Part shown: piece after piece, positions 9,693 to 18,425 of the stretch
Layout: each line of letters begins with the position of its first letter
Position numbering within the stretch: position 1 is the first letter of the stretch
From: Oscillospiraceae bacterium
Lineage (GTDB): Bacteria; Bacillota; Clostridia; Oscillospirales; Acutalibacteraceae
Assembly (NCBI GenBank): GCA_902773485.1
Contig: CACYEQ010000041.1
Location: 1 to 53,499, forward strand
DNA length: 53,499 bases
Direction of reading: 5' to 3'
Notes under the pieces: generated by a model
What the model was told of the DNA's origin: nothing
Databases searched by the model: none
What the model saw: only the letters and a program-made list of their open reading frames with translations
Position numbers and translations under genes: made by a program

Positions 9693-9925
9693 TTAAATAT
9701 CACCTTATTTTCAGTTTAATACGCTCTTACTTGAAAAACTCTTATATTTTCATCTGATTTCAACTTGATTGCATTTAAATTTCGCTTGAAGTATTTCCCC
9801 CAAGCAACCAAACGGGTTTGAATAAGTGCAGTTTTCATGCCGTGTCTTGCGACGAAAACAGTCGCACGCACACCTAAAATTCCTCCGCCTACTACTAATT
9901 AATAGTTTTTCCTATATACTTCAAA

Positions 9926-11002
9926 TTAACTACCGCTCTCTGCTTTTAACTGTTCGGCTCTGTCAGCAGTAATGAGTGCATCAATAACCTCGTCTAAATC
10001 GCCGTTCATAAACTGTTCGAGTTTGTATATTGTAAGACCGATTCTGTGGTCAGTTATTCTGCTTTGAGGAAAGTTATAAGTTCTGATTCTCTGAGAACGG
10101 TCGCCGGAACCTACCATAGTTTTTCTGGTTTCGGCAATCTGAGCCTGTTGTTCCTGTTGCACCTTATCATAAATGCGTGAACGCAAAATCTTCATCGCTT
10201 TTTCACGGTTTTTATGTTGCGAACGCTCATCTTGACATTCAACAACAGTACCCGTCGGCAAGTGAGTTATTCTTATAGCCGATTCGGTTTTGTTTACATG
10301 CTGACCGCCTGCGCCCGAAGAACGGTAGGTATCAATCTGCAAATCGGCAGGGTTGATATCGATTTCAACATCTTCCGCCTCGGGGAGTACCGCAACGGTA
10401 ACCGCCGAAGTATGAATACGCCCCTGACTTTCGGTTTCGGGAACTCTTTGCACTCGGTGACCGCCCGATTCAAATTTAAGCCTTGAATAAGCGCCCTCAC
10501 CCTCAACCATAAACGAAACTTCCTTATAACCGCCGAGCCCCGTTTCATTAGCTGAGAGAATATCTACTTTCCAACCCTTGCTTTCGGCATACATTGTATA
10601 CATTCTAAGCAGTTCGCCTGCAAAAAGCGCCGCCTCTTCACCGCCTGCGCCTCCTCGAATTTCGATAATAACATTTTTATCATCATTAGGGTCGGTGGGC
10701 AGAAGAAGTATTTTCAATTCTTCGGTGCATTGTTCCATAACCTGCTTTGAATTTTCAATTTCATCTTCAAGCATTTCTTTTATATCTTGGTCAACTTCCG
10801 AGTCGCCGATCATCTGCTTTGCATCAGTGAGATTCTGCTTAGCGTCGTTGTATTCTCTGAATTTTTCAACAATAGGAGTTAATTTTTTAGTTTCTCTCAT
10901 AAGTGAAGTATAAAGTTTTTGGTCGGTAACAATCGAAGGGTCCATCAACTTGCTTTCGATTTCTTCAAATTTTTTCTCAACCTCTTTTAACTTATCAAAC
11001 AT
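9926..11002 (-). CDS. prfA: Peptide chain release factor 1
   Basis: GGQ motif ([11 protein letters not shown]) and an RF1-type PxT tripeptide (PET). Confidence 0.95.
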   Translation of the reverse strand: MFDKLKEVEKKFEEIESKLMDPSIVTDQKLYTSLMRETKKLTPIVEKFREYNDAKQNLTDAKQMIGDSEVDQDIKEMLEDEIENSKQVMEQCTEELKILLLPTDPNDDKNVIIEIRGGAGGEEAALFAGELLRMYTMYAESKGWKVDILSANETGLGGYKEVSFMVEGEGAYSRLKFESGGHRVQRVPETESQGRIHTSAVTVAVLPEAEDVEIDINPADLQIDTYRSSGAGGQHVNKTESAIRITHLPTGTVVECQDERSQHKNREKAMKILRSRIYDKVQQEQQAQIAETRKTMVGSGDRSQRIRTYNFPQSRITDHRIGLTIYKLEQFMNGDLDEVIDALITADRAEQLKAESGS

Positions 11003-11019
11003 AAAAGTTTCCTTTCAAT

Positions 11020-11481
11020 CTATATTAAATCTTTTTTCATATAAACAACATCGTCCATAGGGTTGTTGTAATAAGGCGAAATTTCGTAAAATCCGTATTT
11101 TTTGTAAAGATGAATTGCACTTTGAAGCGGTTTCACCGTATCAAGCACCATTTCGCTGTAACCATCACCTTGTGCGGTTTCAATAATTTTCTCTACCAAT
11201 TGTCCGACGAGATGCAGTTTGCGATATTCAGGCTTTACATAAAGCCTTTTCATCTCACAACGCTTGTTAGAATGTTTATGAAAAGCAACACAGCCTACGG
11301 CTTTGCCGTCATCACAAAGTGCCACTAGAATTCTGCCGTTCGGCTCGGTATATTTGCCTTTTAAATTCGACAACTCATCATCAAAAGACTGAAACGATAA
11401 ATCCCTGTCAAGTGCATTTTGATATTCAATAATAAGTTGTTTAATATCATCTAAATAATCTTTTCCGTCTACAATTTTCAT
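11020..11481 (-). CDS. GNAT family N-acetyltransferase
   Basis: Acetyl-CoA binding-like segment (LYVKPEYRKLHLVGQLVEK). ATG 11481 forms an ATGA overlap with the upstream ORF. Confidence 0.8.
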   Translation of the reverse strand: MKIVDGKDYLDDIKQLIIEYQNALDRDLSFQSFDDELSNLKGKYTEPNGRILVALCDDGKAVGCVAFHKHSNKRCEMKRLYVKPEYRKLHLVGQLVEKIIETAQGDGYSEMVLDTVKPLQSAIHLYKKYGFYEISPYYNNPMDDVVYMKKDLI

Positions 11482-11675
11482 CTTGCGATTTGTTCTCCGT
11501 TTCGCATAATTTTGCGAATATTTTTTTCGCATGCGGAGCGGGGTATCATTATCTCGTGGTCACACCCCAAACATCTGATTTTAAAATCCATACCGATGCG
11601 TTTTACCTCAAACTCTTTTGATTTACATGGATGCGGTTTTTTCATTGTAATAATATCGCCGACCCTAATATCCAT
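11478..11675 (-). CDS. DUF951-family small protein
   Basis: MKKPHPC...RCLGC...IMIPRS pattern, typical of DUF951. Confidence 0.8.
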   Translation of the reverse strand: MDIRVGDIITMKKPHPCKSKEFEVKRIGMDFKIRCLGCDHEIMIPRSACEKNIRKIMRNGEQIAR

Positions 11676-11845
11676 ACATTTCTCCTTAAATATACTAATT
11701 TACCTTATATTATATAATATATACGCCCAATAATCAAACAATTTTTTTAAAATTACCAAAAAAATAATAATTTAGGCTTTTCAAACAATCATCAAACGAA
11801 ACAAACTTAAACTTTCGCATATTATATATTGAGGTGATTAAAATT

Positions 11846-12001
11846 ATGGAATATCTTTATAAAGATTTTGCAAATCAATGCGTTAAAACAAGAATTTCTA
11901 ATTGCTGCTGCGATAACGATTCAGACATAATCGACGATTTAGCCGAAGTTATTTGTAAAAAGTGCAAAAAGAAAAAATGTAAATGTAATAACGATGATTA
12001 A
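11846..12001 (+). CDS. Cys-rich 51-aa small ORF (MEYLYKDFANQCVKTRISNCCCDNDSDIIDDLAEVICKKCKKKKCKCNNDD)
   Basis: Strong SD GAGGTGA 7 nt upstream of ATG 11846, eight Cys including a CCC run, and its own terminator 8 nt after the stop. Below the 60-aa cutoff of the ORF track. Confidence 0.45.
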   Translation: MEYLYKDFANQCVKTRISNCCCDNDSDIIDDLAEVICKKCKKKKCKCNNDD

Positions 12002-12009
12002 AACTTCAT

Positions 12010-12034
12010 GGGCTGCCAAAAAGGCAGCCTTTTT
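12010..12034 (+). terminator. Intrinsic terminator after the Cys-rich small ORF
   Basis: ggctgcc-aaaaa-ggcagcc hairpin followed by T6. Confidence 0.75.
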
Positions 12035-12046
12035 TATAAAAAACTA

Positions 12047-12075
12047 TTGACAAATAAAAATAATAGTGTTATACT
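12047..12075 (+). promoter_or_regulatory. Sigma-A promoter of the Cys-leader/cystathionine-lyase operon
   Basis: TTGACA (12047-52), 17 nt spacer, TATACT (12070-75) with TGn extended -10 (12067-68). Confidence 0.6.
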
Positions 12076-12121
12076 ATACCTATCATATAGATAGGTTTTA
12101 TAGGAAAGGCAGGAAAATATT

Positions 12122-12211
12122 ATGAAATTTTACAATATTACCGCCGAAAAATTTAATATGTGTTGTTGTTTCGCTTGTATTTGTTCGGGCGAGGCTGATT
12201 TGTTGTGTTAA
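12122..12211 (+). CDS. Putative regulatory leader peptide, 29 aa, 6 Cys (MKFYNITAEKFNMCCCFACICSGEADLLC)
   Basis: ATG preceded by GGAAAGGCAGGAAA. Three consecutive TGT codons at 12161-12169 plus TGT at 12176, 12182 and 12206. Lies between the promoter and a terminator upstream of Cys-forming enzymes. Confidence 0.6.
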   Translation: MKFYNITAEKFNMCCCFACICSGEADLLC

Positions 12212-12239
12212 ATTTTAGCACATTAATTTATGCGTTAAT

Positions 12240-12278
12240 CGCCTGAAATTCCGATAATTCGGAATTCGGGCGTTTTTT
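12240..12278 (+). terminator. Leader (attenuator) terminator
   Basis: cgcctgaaattccg / cggaattcgggcg hairpin (12240-12272) plus T6. Its 5' arm can instead pair with 12184-12192 inside the leader ORF. Confidence 0.7.
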
Positions 12279-12306
12279 ATTTTATTATTTTAAGGAGATT
12301 TTTATT

Positions 12307-13467
12307 ATGTCAAACTACAAAAATATTGATTCAGCATTAATTCACGGGGGTATTTACGGAGATGAGTTCACAGGCTCGGTTAATGTGCCGATTTACCAAA
12401 CTTCAACCTACGAACAACCGGGGCTTGGCGAGAACAAAGGCTGGGAGTATTCGAGAACGGGCAACCCGACTCGTGCGTCACTCGAAGCACTCGTTGCAGA
12501 ACTCGAAGCCGGCACTCACGGTTTTGCTTTCGGCTCAGGGATGGCAGCCATTACCGCTGTTTTAAGCCTTTTCAAAACAGGCGATAAAATTATAATTTCA
12601 AGCAATGTTTACGGCGGAACTTTCAGAGTTTTAAACAAAGTTTTCAACCATTTTGGTATCACTTATTCAATTGAAGACACTGCTGATACCAAAACTCTTG
12701 ATACTAAAATAACCGACAATGTTAAGGCAATTTTGATTGAAAGCCCTGCAAATCCACTGCTTACAATTACCGATATCAAAGCGGTATCAACACTAGCCAA
12801 AAAGCACGGTATTTTAACGATTGTTGACAACACATTTATGACCCCTTATTTGCAACAGCCAATTAAACTCGGTGCTGATATTGTTGTACATTCCGCAACA
12901 AAATACTTAGGCGGTCACAGCGATCTAATAGCGGGACTTGCGGTTGTGAACGATGACGAATTAGCCGAACAACTCGCATTCATTCAAAATTCAACAGGAG
13001 GAGTTTTAGGACCTTTCGACTCATTTTTACTAATTCGAGGAATTAAAACGCTCGGTGTTCGTATGGACAGACACACCAAAAACGCCGAAAAAGCGGCACA
13101 GTTTTTGCTCGAAAACAAAGCGGTTAAAAAAGTTTATTACCCCGGCTTGAAAAACGCGCAAGGTTATGAAATTAACAAAAAACAGGCGAAAAACGGCGGT
13201 GCAATGATTTCATTTGAACTTTATGAAAATTACGATATTAAGACATTTTTCAAATCGCTCACGCTTGTTGCATTGGCAGAGAGTCTGGGCGGAGTTGAAT
13301 CGCTCATTTGCCACCCTGCAAGTATGACTCACGCCTCAATTCCTTATGAAACAAGGCAAAAAGTCGGCATTACAGACGGACTTATTCGTCTGTCACTTGG
13401 AATTGAAAACATAGATGATATTTTGTCTGATTTGCAGCAGGCAATTCAAAAAAGCGAGGTAAAATAA
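12307..13467 (+). CDS. Cystathionine gamma-lyase/beta-lyase family PLP enzyme (Cys/Met metabolism)
   Basis: 386 aa with PLP-lysine context HSATKYLGGHSD, typical of the MetB/MetC/MccB family. Confidence 0.9.
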   Translation: MSNYKNIDSALIHGGIYGDEFTGSVNVPIYQTSTYEQPGLGENKGWEYSRTGNPTRASLEALVAELEAGTHGFAFGSGMAAITAVLSLFKTGDKIIISSNVYGGTFRVLNKVFNHFGITYSIEDTADTKTLDTKITDNVKAILIESPANPLLTITDIKAVSTLAKKHGILTIVDNTFMTPYLQQPIKLGADIVVHSATKYLGGHSDLIAGLAVVNDDELAEQLAFIQNSTGGVLGPFDSFLLIRGIKTLGVRMDRHTKNAEKAAQFLLENKAVKKVYYPGLKNAQGYEINKKQAKNGGAMISFELYENYDIKTFFKSLTLVALAESLGGVESLICHPASMTHASIPYETRQKVGITDGLIRLSLGIENIDDILSDLQQAIQKSEVK

Positions 13468-13468
13468 T

Positions 13469-14380
13469 ATGAGTTATTACAATTCAATGCACGAACTTAT
13501 CGGCAACACGCCGATTGTTAAACTGAATAATTTAGGGTTGCCAAAAGAAGTGAATTTGTTTGCAAAACTTGAACTTTACAACCCTGCCGGAAGCGTTAAA
13601 GACAGAGTCGGTATGGCTATGATTGAAGACGCCGAGCAAAGAGGTATCTTAAAAAAAGGCGGTACGATTATTGAGGGAACCGCAGGAAATACAGGGCTTG
13701 GAATTGCTTTTGCCGCTTTGAACAAAGGCTACAAAGTTATATTTGTTGTGCCTACAAAGTTTTCAGAGGAAAAACAAACGCTTATGAGAGCGCTCGGTGC
13801 CAAGATTATCAATACTCCGCGAGAAGAGGGAATGCTCGGCGCTGCAAAAAAGGCAGAAGAACTGAAAGCACAAATTTTAAATGCGGTTTCCTTAAAACAA
13901 TTTGAAAACCCTGCTAATCCAAAAGTGCATTATAAAACGACGGGCAAAGAAATTTACGATGATTTAGAGGGAAAAATCGACTATGCTGTTTTGGGTGCAG
14001 GAAGCGGTGGAACATATTCGGGAGTGTTAAAATACTTGAAAGAAAAAAATCCAAACGTAAAAGGCATTTTGGCAGACCCTGTCGGCTCTACTATGGGCGG
14101 CGGAGAACACGGCGATTACAACATTGAAGGAATCGGCAACGATTTTATTGCAAAAACTATGGATATGTCGCTGGTTGACGAGGTTATAAAAATTGATGAT
14201 TATGATGCTGTCTCAGGTGCTCGCAAATTAGCAAAAAGTGAGGGGATTTTTGCAGGTTCATCATCAGGTGCGGCTTTGGCAGCAGCCGAAAAACTAATAA
14301 AACGTGGTGCAACAGGCAATATTGTTATTGTTTTGCCGGACAGAGGCGACCGCTATTTCAGCAAAAATCTTTACGAATAA
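13469..14380 (+). CDS. Cysteine synthase / cystathionine beta-synthase family PLP enzyme (CysK/MccA-like)
   Basis: GSVKDR PLP-lysine motif and GTAGNTG loop. 303 aa. Confidence 0.9.
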   Translation: MSYYNSMHELIGNTPIVKLNNLGLPKEVNLFAKLELYNPAGSVKDRVGMAMIEDAEQRGILKKGGTIIEGTAGNTGLGIAFAALNKGYKVIFVVPTKFSEEKQTLMRALGAKIINTPREEGMLGAAKKAEELKAQILNAVSLKQFENPANPKVHYKTTGKEIYDDLEGKIDYAVLGAGSGGTYSGVLKYLKEKNPNVKGILADPVGSTMGGGEHGDYNIEGIGNDFIAKTMDMSLVDEVIKIDDYDAVSGARKLAKSEGIFAGSSSGAALAAAEKLIKRGATGNIVIVLPDRGDRYFSKNLYE

Positions 14381-14386
14381 ACAAAT

Positions 14387-14416
14387 AAGGAACGCTTTTG
14401 CGTTCCTTATTTTTTA
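14387..14416. terminator. Bidirectional intrinsic terminator
   Basis: aaggaacgc-tttt-gcgttcctt hairpin with flanking T/A runs. Overlaps the stop codon of the convergent kinase gene. Confidence 0.7.
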
Positions 14417-15840
14417 TTAAAATCGTACCAAAATTCAACGCCGTTTTTATGGTTTGCAAATCCGCATTCATCGTGATTTATAAGCGAAATTTCTTTTACA
14501 ATAAAAAGACCTATTCCCGAATGTTTTTCCTGCTCTTTCGAGTGCTTCGATTTATAAAAATCAGTCCAAATTCGCTCGCCGTCAACCTCTGAAATACAGC
14601 TTCCCTCATTATAAACCGACAATCTGCATTTGTAATCGTCGGTTTTAAGGCTGACCTTAATCTTATGCTGATTTTTACAATACTGAATTGCATTCATTAA
14701 ATAATTATCAAAAATATGCTCTATATTTTGAGGTGATGCCTCAATTTCATAAGGCTCAATATCGGTTTCTAGTTTTATACCCTTTGCTTTAAGCAGCAAC
14801 TCACTTTTTTTACAAAGTTCGTTTATCATTTCATCAAGTCTGATTTTCTTTATTTCACTTTCAAAAATCGTTTTTTCGCCCGCCTGTATATTAAGCAGTC
14901 TGCTTATGAGTTTGCTCATTTTTTCGATTTCTTCCAAAGCCGAATTATAATAATAAAGTTTTTTCTGGCTGTCTTTGGTTAAATTCATCATTTCAATCTG
15001 ACTTGAAATAATAGCAAGCGGGGTTTTCAGTTCGTGAGTAATATTGGTAAGAACCCTTTTTCGCATATCCTCATATTCGGTCATTCGTTTGTTATCTTCT
15101 TTTAAAAGGAAATTGTAATTGTTAAGGCTGTTTACATATTCGGAAATGGTATCCGCCATAGAGTTAAAATTATTTGCCAAAACGCCTATTTCATCTTTTC
15201 CGATTTTACCGCTGTATCTTGCGGAATAATCGCCCTTTGAAATTTTTGTTGTAACTTCGCTCAGGCGTGTAACCGATTTAGTTGTGCTATGGGTAAGAGC
15301 AAACATAAGTATACCGCTTGCAATTACAAATGCGCCTAACATTATCAGCAAAAATCTGTTTGAATATGCGAAAACCGAATCGGTCGTTTTCAAACTCTGC
15401 TCAATATAAACATAATATGTTTTACCGTGATTTTTAAGTTTTGTTTTCAAAACAATGCTCTCATCACGCTTGTTTTGATTTAAAATTTCAGGTGCGGAAT
15501 TTTCTTTAAAATCATCTATATTATCGTAAAAAATCTCTTTAATAATATCGTCGGTTCTGGCGCTGCGCTTGGTTGAATAAACCGCCGATAAATTGCTGTC
15601 GCAAATAAACAAATCATAAGTCTGCTCGTAATACACTTCCAAAAAATCGTCGATTTTAGAAATATTACTGCTGAAACTAATCGAATTAAGTTGTTTTAAT
15701 GCGTGTTTCATTACATCTTTTTCATTAGAAATATAAAGCGACTTCGCGTTGCTTATATAAAGAAAAGATACTGCACCGATTGTAATAATCAAAACGGTCA
15801 TAATATAAACGGCAAGTTTAAAAGAAAGTTTTTTAAACAA
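14407..15840 (-). CDS. Sensor histidine kinase (2 TM, HAMP, HisKA, HATPase_c)
   Basis: H-box ITHELKTPLA and G-box GIGLFIVKE. N-terminal TM, periplasmic-like domain, then second TM. Confidence 0.9.
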   Translation of the reverse strand: MFKKLSFKLAVYIMTVLIITIGAVSFLYISNAKSLYISNEKDVMKHALKQLNSISFSSNISKIDDFLEVYYEQTYDLFICDSNLSAVYSTKRSARTDDIIKEIFYDNIDDFKENSAPEILNQNKRDESIVLKTKLKNHGKTYYVYIEQSLKTTDSVFAYSNRFLLIMLGAFVIASGILMFALTHSTTKSVTRLSEVTTKISKGDYSARYSGKIGKDEIGVLANNFNSMADTISEYVNSLNNYNFLLKEDNKRMTEYEDMRKRVLTNITHELKTPLAIISSQIEMMNLTKDSQKKLYYYNSALEEIEKMSKLISRLLNIQAGEKTIFESEIKKIRLDEMINELCKKSELLLKAKGIKLETDIEPYEIEASPQNIEHIFDNYLMNAIQYCKNQHKIKVSLKTDDYKCRLSVYNEGSCISEVDGERIWTDFYKSKHSKEQEKHSGIGLFIVKEISLINHDECGFANHKNGVEFWYDFNKK

Positions 15841-16539
15841 CTAATTTTCCTCCTGAATCTCAAAAAAGTAACCTACACCGTAAACCGAGCGAATGTAATT
15901 ATGCTTATCGGTAAGTTTCTTGCGAAGTTGCTTAACTATTGTATCAACAGTTCTGTAATCGCCGTAATAATCCATTCCCCAAACAGAATCCAAAATTGCC
16001 TCACGGCTTAAAACCCTGTGTTCGTTTTCTATCATAAATTTCAAAACATCAAATTCTTTCGGAGTAAATTCAAGCGGTTTTCCATCAAGAAAAACACGGC
16101 GTTTTTCAACATTGATTGATAGTTTCCCTTTTTCAACAACAGTATTTTTGCTTGAATTTGTTCTCGAAAGGCAGGATTTAATATGCTCTTTTAAAACCGA
16201 AAGCAAAAACGGTTTTGTAATATAATTATCCGCACCAAATTCAAACCCTTTTAACTGGTCTTCTTCGTGCTCCCTTGCCGAAAGCATTATAACAGGCACA
16301 TCTGATTGTTTGCGAATAATTTTTAAAACATCAAATCCGTCGATTCTCGGCATAATTCCGTCAAGCAAAACCAAATCAATTTTATGATGCTGTTTATCAA
16401 AAATATTTATTGCGTCGGCTCCGTCAACTGCGGTAATAACTTCAAATCCGCTTTCGGTAAGATAATCTTCAAGCGTACTGCGAAGTTTTTTATCGTCATC
16501 GACAACCAAAATGGTAGCAGGACTGTTTATTGCAGACAT
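15841..16539 (-). CDS. OmpR-family response regulator
   Basis: Receiver domain (ILVVDDD...DLVLLDGIMP) plus a winged-helix C-terminus. ATG 16539 has better SD spacing than ATG 16548. Confidence 0.9.
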   Translation of the reverse strand: MSAINSPATILVVDDDKKLRSTLEDYLTESGFEVITAVDGADAINIFDKQHHKIDLVLLDGIMPRIDGFDVLKIIRKQSDVPVIMLSAREHEEDQLKGFEFGADNYITKPFLLSVLKEHIKSCLSRTNSSKNTVVEKGKLSINVEKRRVFLDGKPLEFTPKEFDVLKFMIENEHRVLSREAILDSVWGMDYYGDYRTVDTIVKQLRKKLTDKHNYIRSVYGVGYFFEIQEEN

Positions 16540-16730
16540 AAAATTCATTCCTTTTTATAATCTTTTTTAAATTATATACAATAAAAATGATAACAATGTG
16601 ATACTTTTAATCAGTATAACACAAAAACCTAAAAAAAGCACCGGTTAAATTAAAAAAACACTTGAAATTAAGTCAAAAATCTGTTATAGTGTTCTTAATA
16701 CAAATACACAGTTCGCCGGAGGTGGACAAA

Positions 16731-17168
16731 ATGAGCAACAATTCAAAACTAATTGTTGATACCAAAGTGTTGCCCGAAATTTTTCTTAAAGTAAAACAAA
16801 TCAAAGACAGACTTGGTAGTGGGCGCGAGACTTCAACAAGCGAGGCTTGCAAAAAAGCAGGTGTTTCGAGAAGTGCTTACTACAAATATAAAGACCATAT
16901 TTTTGATTTTGACGAAACTGCGGGCAATATTGTAACGCTTCATGCGGTTTTGTCGGATAGAGCAGGAATATTGTCTATGTTTATGTCGGTGCTTTATGAG
17001 AGCGGAGCAAACATTCTTACGGTAAATCAAAATATTCCAACAGGAGCGAGAGCACCTGTTTCTGTATCTTTCAGAATGAAAGAATGCGAGTTTTCGGTAA
17101 ACGATTTAATTGATAAACTAAAACAGATTGACGGTGTTAAATCTGTTCACAGAGTTTTAGGTGAGTAA
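16731..17168 (+). CDS. ACT domain-containing protein (UPF0735/PheB-like)
   Basis: ATG 16731 follows GGAGGTGG. N-terminal HTH-like segment plus a C-terminal ACT domain. The track start at 16662 is probably spurious. Confidence 0.8.
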   Translation: MSNNSKLIVDTKVLPEIFLKVKQIKDRLGSGRETSTSEACKKAGVSRSAYYKYKDHIFDFDETAGNIVTLHAVLSDRAGILSMFMSVLYESGANILTVNQNIPTGARAPVSVSFRMKECEFSVNDLIDKLKQIDGVKSVHRVLGE

Positions 17169-17183
17169 AGGAAGGTTTTAATA

Positions 17184-18404
17184 ATGATAAAAATTGCAGT
17201 TATGGGCTACGGTGTAGTAGGCTCGGGTGTAGTAGAGGTTTTTTATAAAAACCACGAATCTATTCAGAAAAAAGCGGGTAAACAAATGGAAATTGCTCAT
17301 ATTCTAGATTTGAGAGAATTTCCGGGCGACCCTCACGAGGCGCTTTTTACCAAAGATTTTAATGATATTTTGAATGATGATGAAGTTAAAATCGTTGTTG
17401 AAACAATGGGCGGTGTAAACCCTGCTTATGATTTTGTTAAAAAATGCCTGCTTGCAGGCAAAAGCGTTGCAACTTCTAACAAAGAACTCGTTGCAAAACG
17501 CGGCGATGAATTGCTTGAAATTGCAAAGGATAATAATGTAAACTTCTTGTTTGAGGCGTCGGTAGGCGGCGGTATTCCGATACTTCGCCCAATCACTCAA
17601 TGCCTTGCAGCAAACGAAATTGAAGAAATTTACGGTATATTAAACGGCACAACAAACTATATTTTAACACAGATGATAAATTCTTCGGTAAGTTTTGAAG
17701 ATGCTCTCAAAAAAGCACAGAAACTCGGCTATGCTGAAAAAGACCCTACCGCCGATATTGAGGGCGACGACGCTTGCAGAAAAATTTGTATTTTATCTGC
17801 ACTTGCTTTTGGTAAACACGTTTACCCCGAGCAGGTTTACACTGAGGGTATTACTAAAATTACCCTATCCGATGTTGCTTTTTGCGAGTCGGCAGGTATG
17901 GTAATAAAACTTATCGGCAAAACCGCTAAACTTTCTGATAAAAAAGTTTTTGCAACAGTTTACCCCGCTGTTCTTTCTTCTCACAGCCAACTTGCTACCG
18001 TTGATGATGTTTACAATGCGGTTATGGTAAGGGGCGACGCAATCGGCGATGTTGTTTTCTACGGCAGAGGTGCAGGTAAACTTCCTACCGCTTCGGCAGT
18101 TGTTGCCGATGTAATCGATTGTGCAAAACACTTAACTTCGAGAAAATATGTTTCTTGGAGCAAAGGCGAGAAAGATTATGTTGAAGATTACAAACAAGAT
18201 ACCGTTGCTATGTATGTAAGAATGAAATCTTTTGCCGAATCTGTTGAAAAGGCGTTTGGCAAAGTAAAATTCTTAAATTATGATAAAGCCGAAGAGGGCG
18301 AAATCGCATTTATCACCGATCCGATGAAAGAGCAGGCTTTTGATAGTATTCTAAGCCTTGTTGACGGCGAAGTTTTATCAAAAATTCGTGTGCTTGATAT
18401 ATAA
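17184..18404 (+). CDS. hom: Homoserine dehydrogenase
   Basis: N-terminal Rossmann fold VMGYGVVGSG, a catalytic domain and a C-terminal ACT-like region. Confidence 0.9.
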   Translation: MIKIAVMGYGVVGSGVVEVFYKNHESIQKKAGKQMEIAHILDLREFPGDPHEALFTKDFNDILNDDEVKIVVETMGGVNPAYDFVKKCLLAGKSVATSNKELVAKRGDELLEIAKDNNVNFLFEASVGGGIPILRPITQCLAANEIEEIYGILNGTTNYILTQMINSSVSFEDALKKAQKLGYAEKDPTADIEGDDACRKICILSALAFGKHVYPEQVYTEGITKITLSDVAFCESAGMVIKLIGKTAKLSDKKVFATVYPAVLSSHSQLATVDDVYNAVMVRGDAIGDVVFYGRGAGKLPTASAVVADVIDCAKHLTSRKYVSWSKGEKDYVEDYKQDTVAMYVRMKSFAESVEKAFGKVKFLNYDKAEEGEIAFITDPMKEQAFDSILSLVDGEVLSKIRVLDI

Positions 18405-18425
18405 ATTCAGGAGGAAAACCTAATA

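Noticed and set aside
9693-9925. NAD+ riboswitch (nadA or pnuC motif) in the nadB leader.
   Set aside because: I could not match the leader to what I recall of either NAD+ riboswitch class consensus. Only a generic hairpin is visible. This needs a covariance-model scan before any claim.
11846-12211. The two Cys-rich mini-ORFs could be RiPP precursors of the SCIFF, ranthipeptide or thiopeptide type.
   Set aside because: No radical-SAM maturase, cyclodehydratase, protease or exporter lies nearby. One ORF sits between a promoter and an attenuator-type terminator directly upstream of cysteine-forming enzymes, which fits a regulatory leader better.
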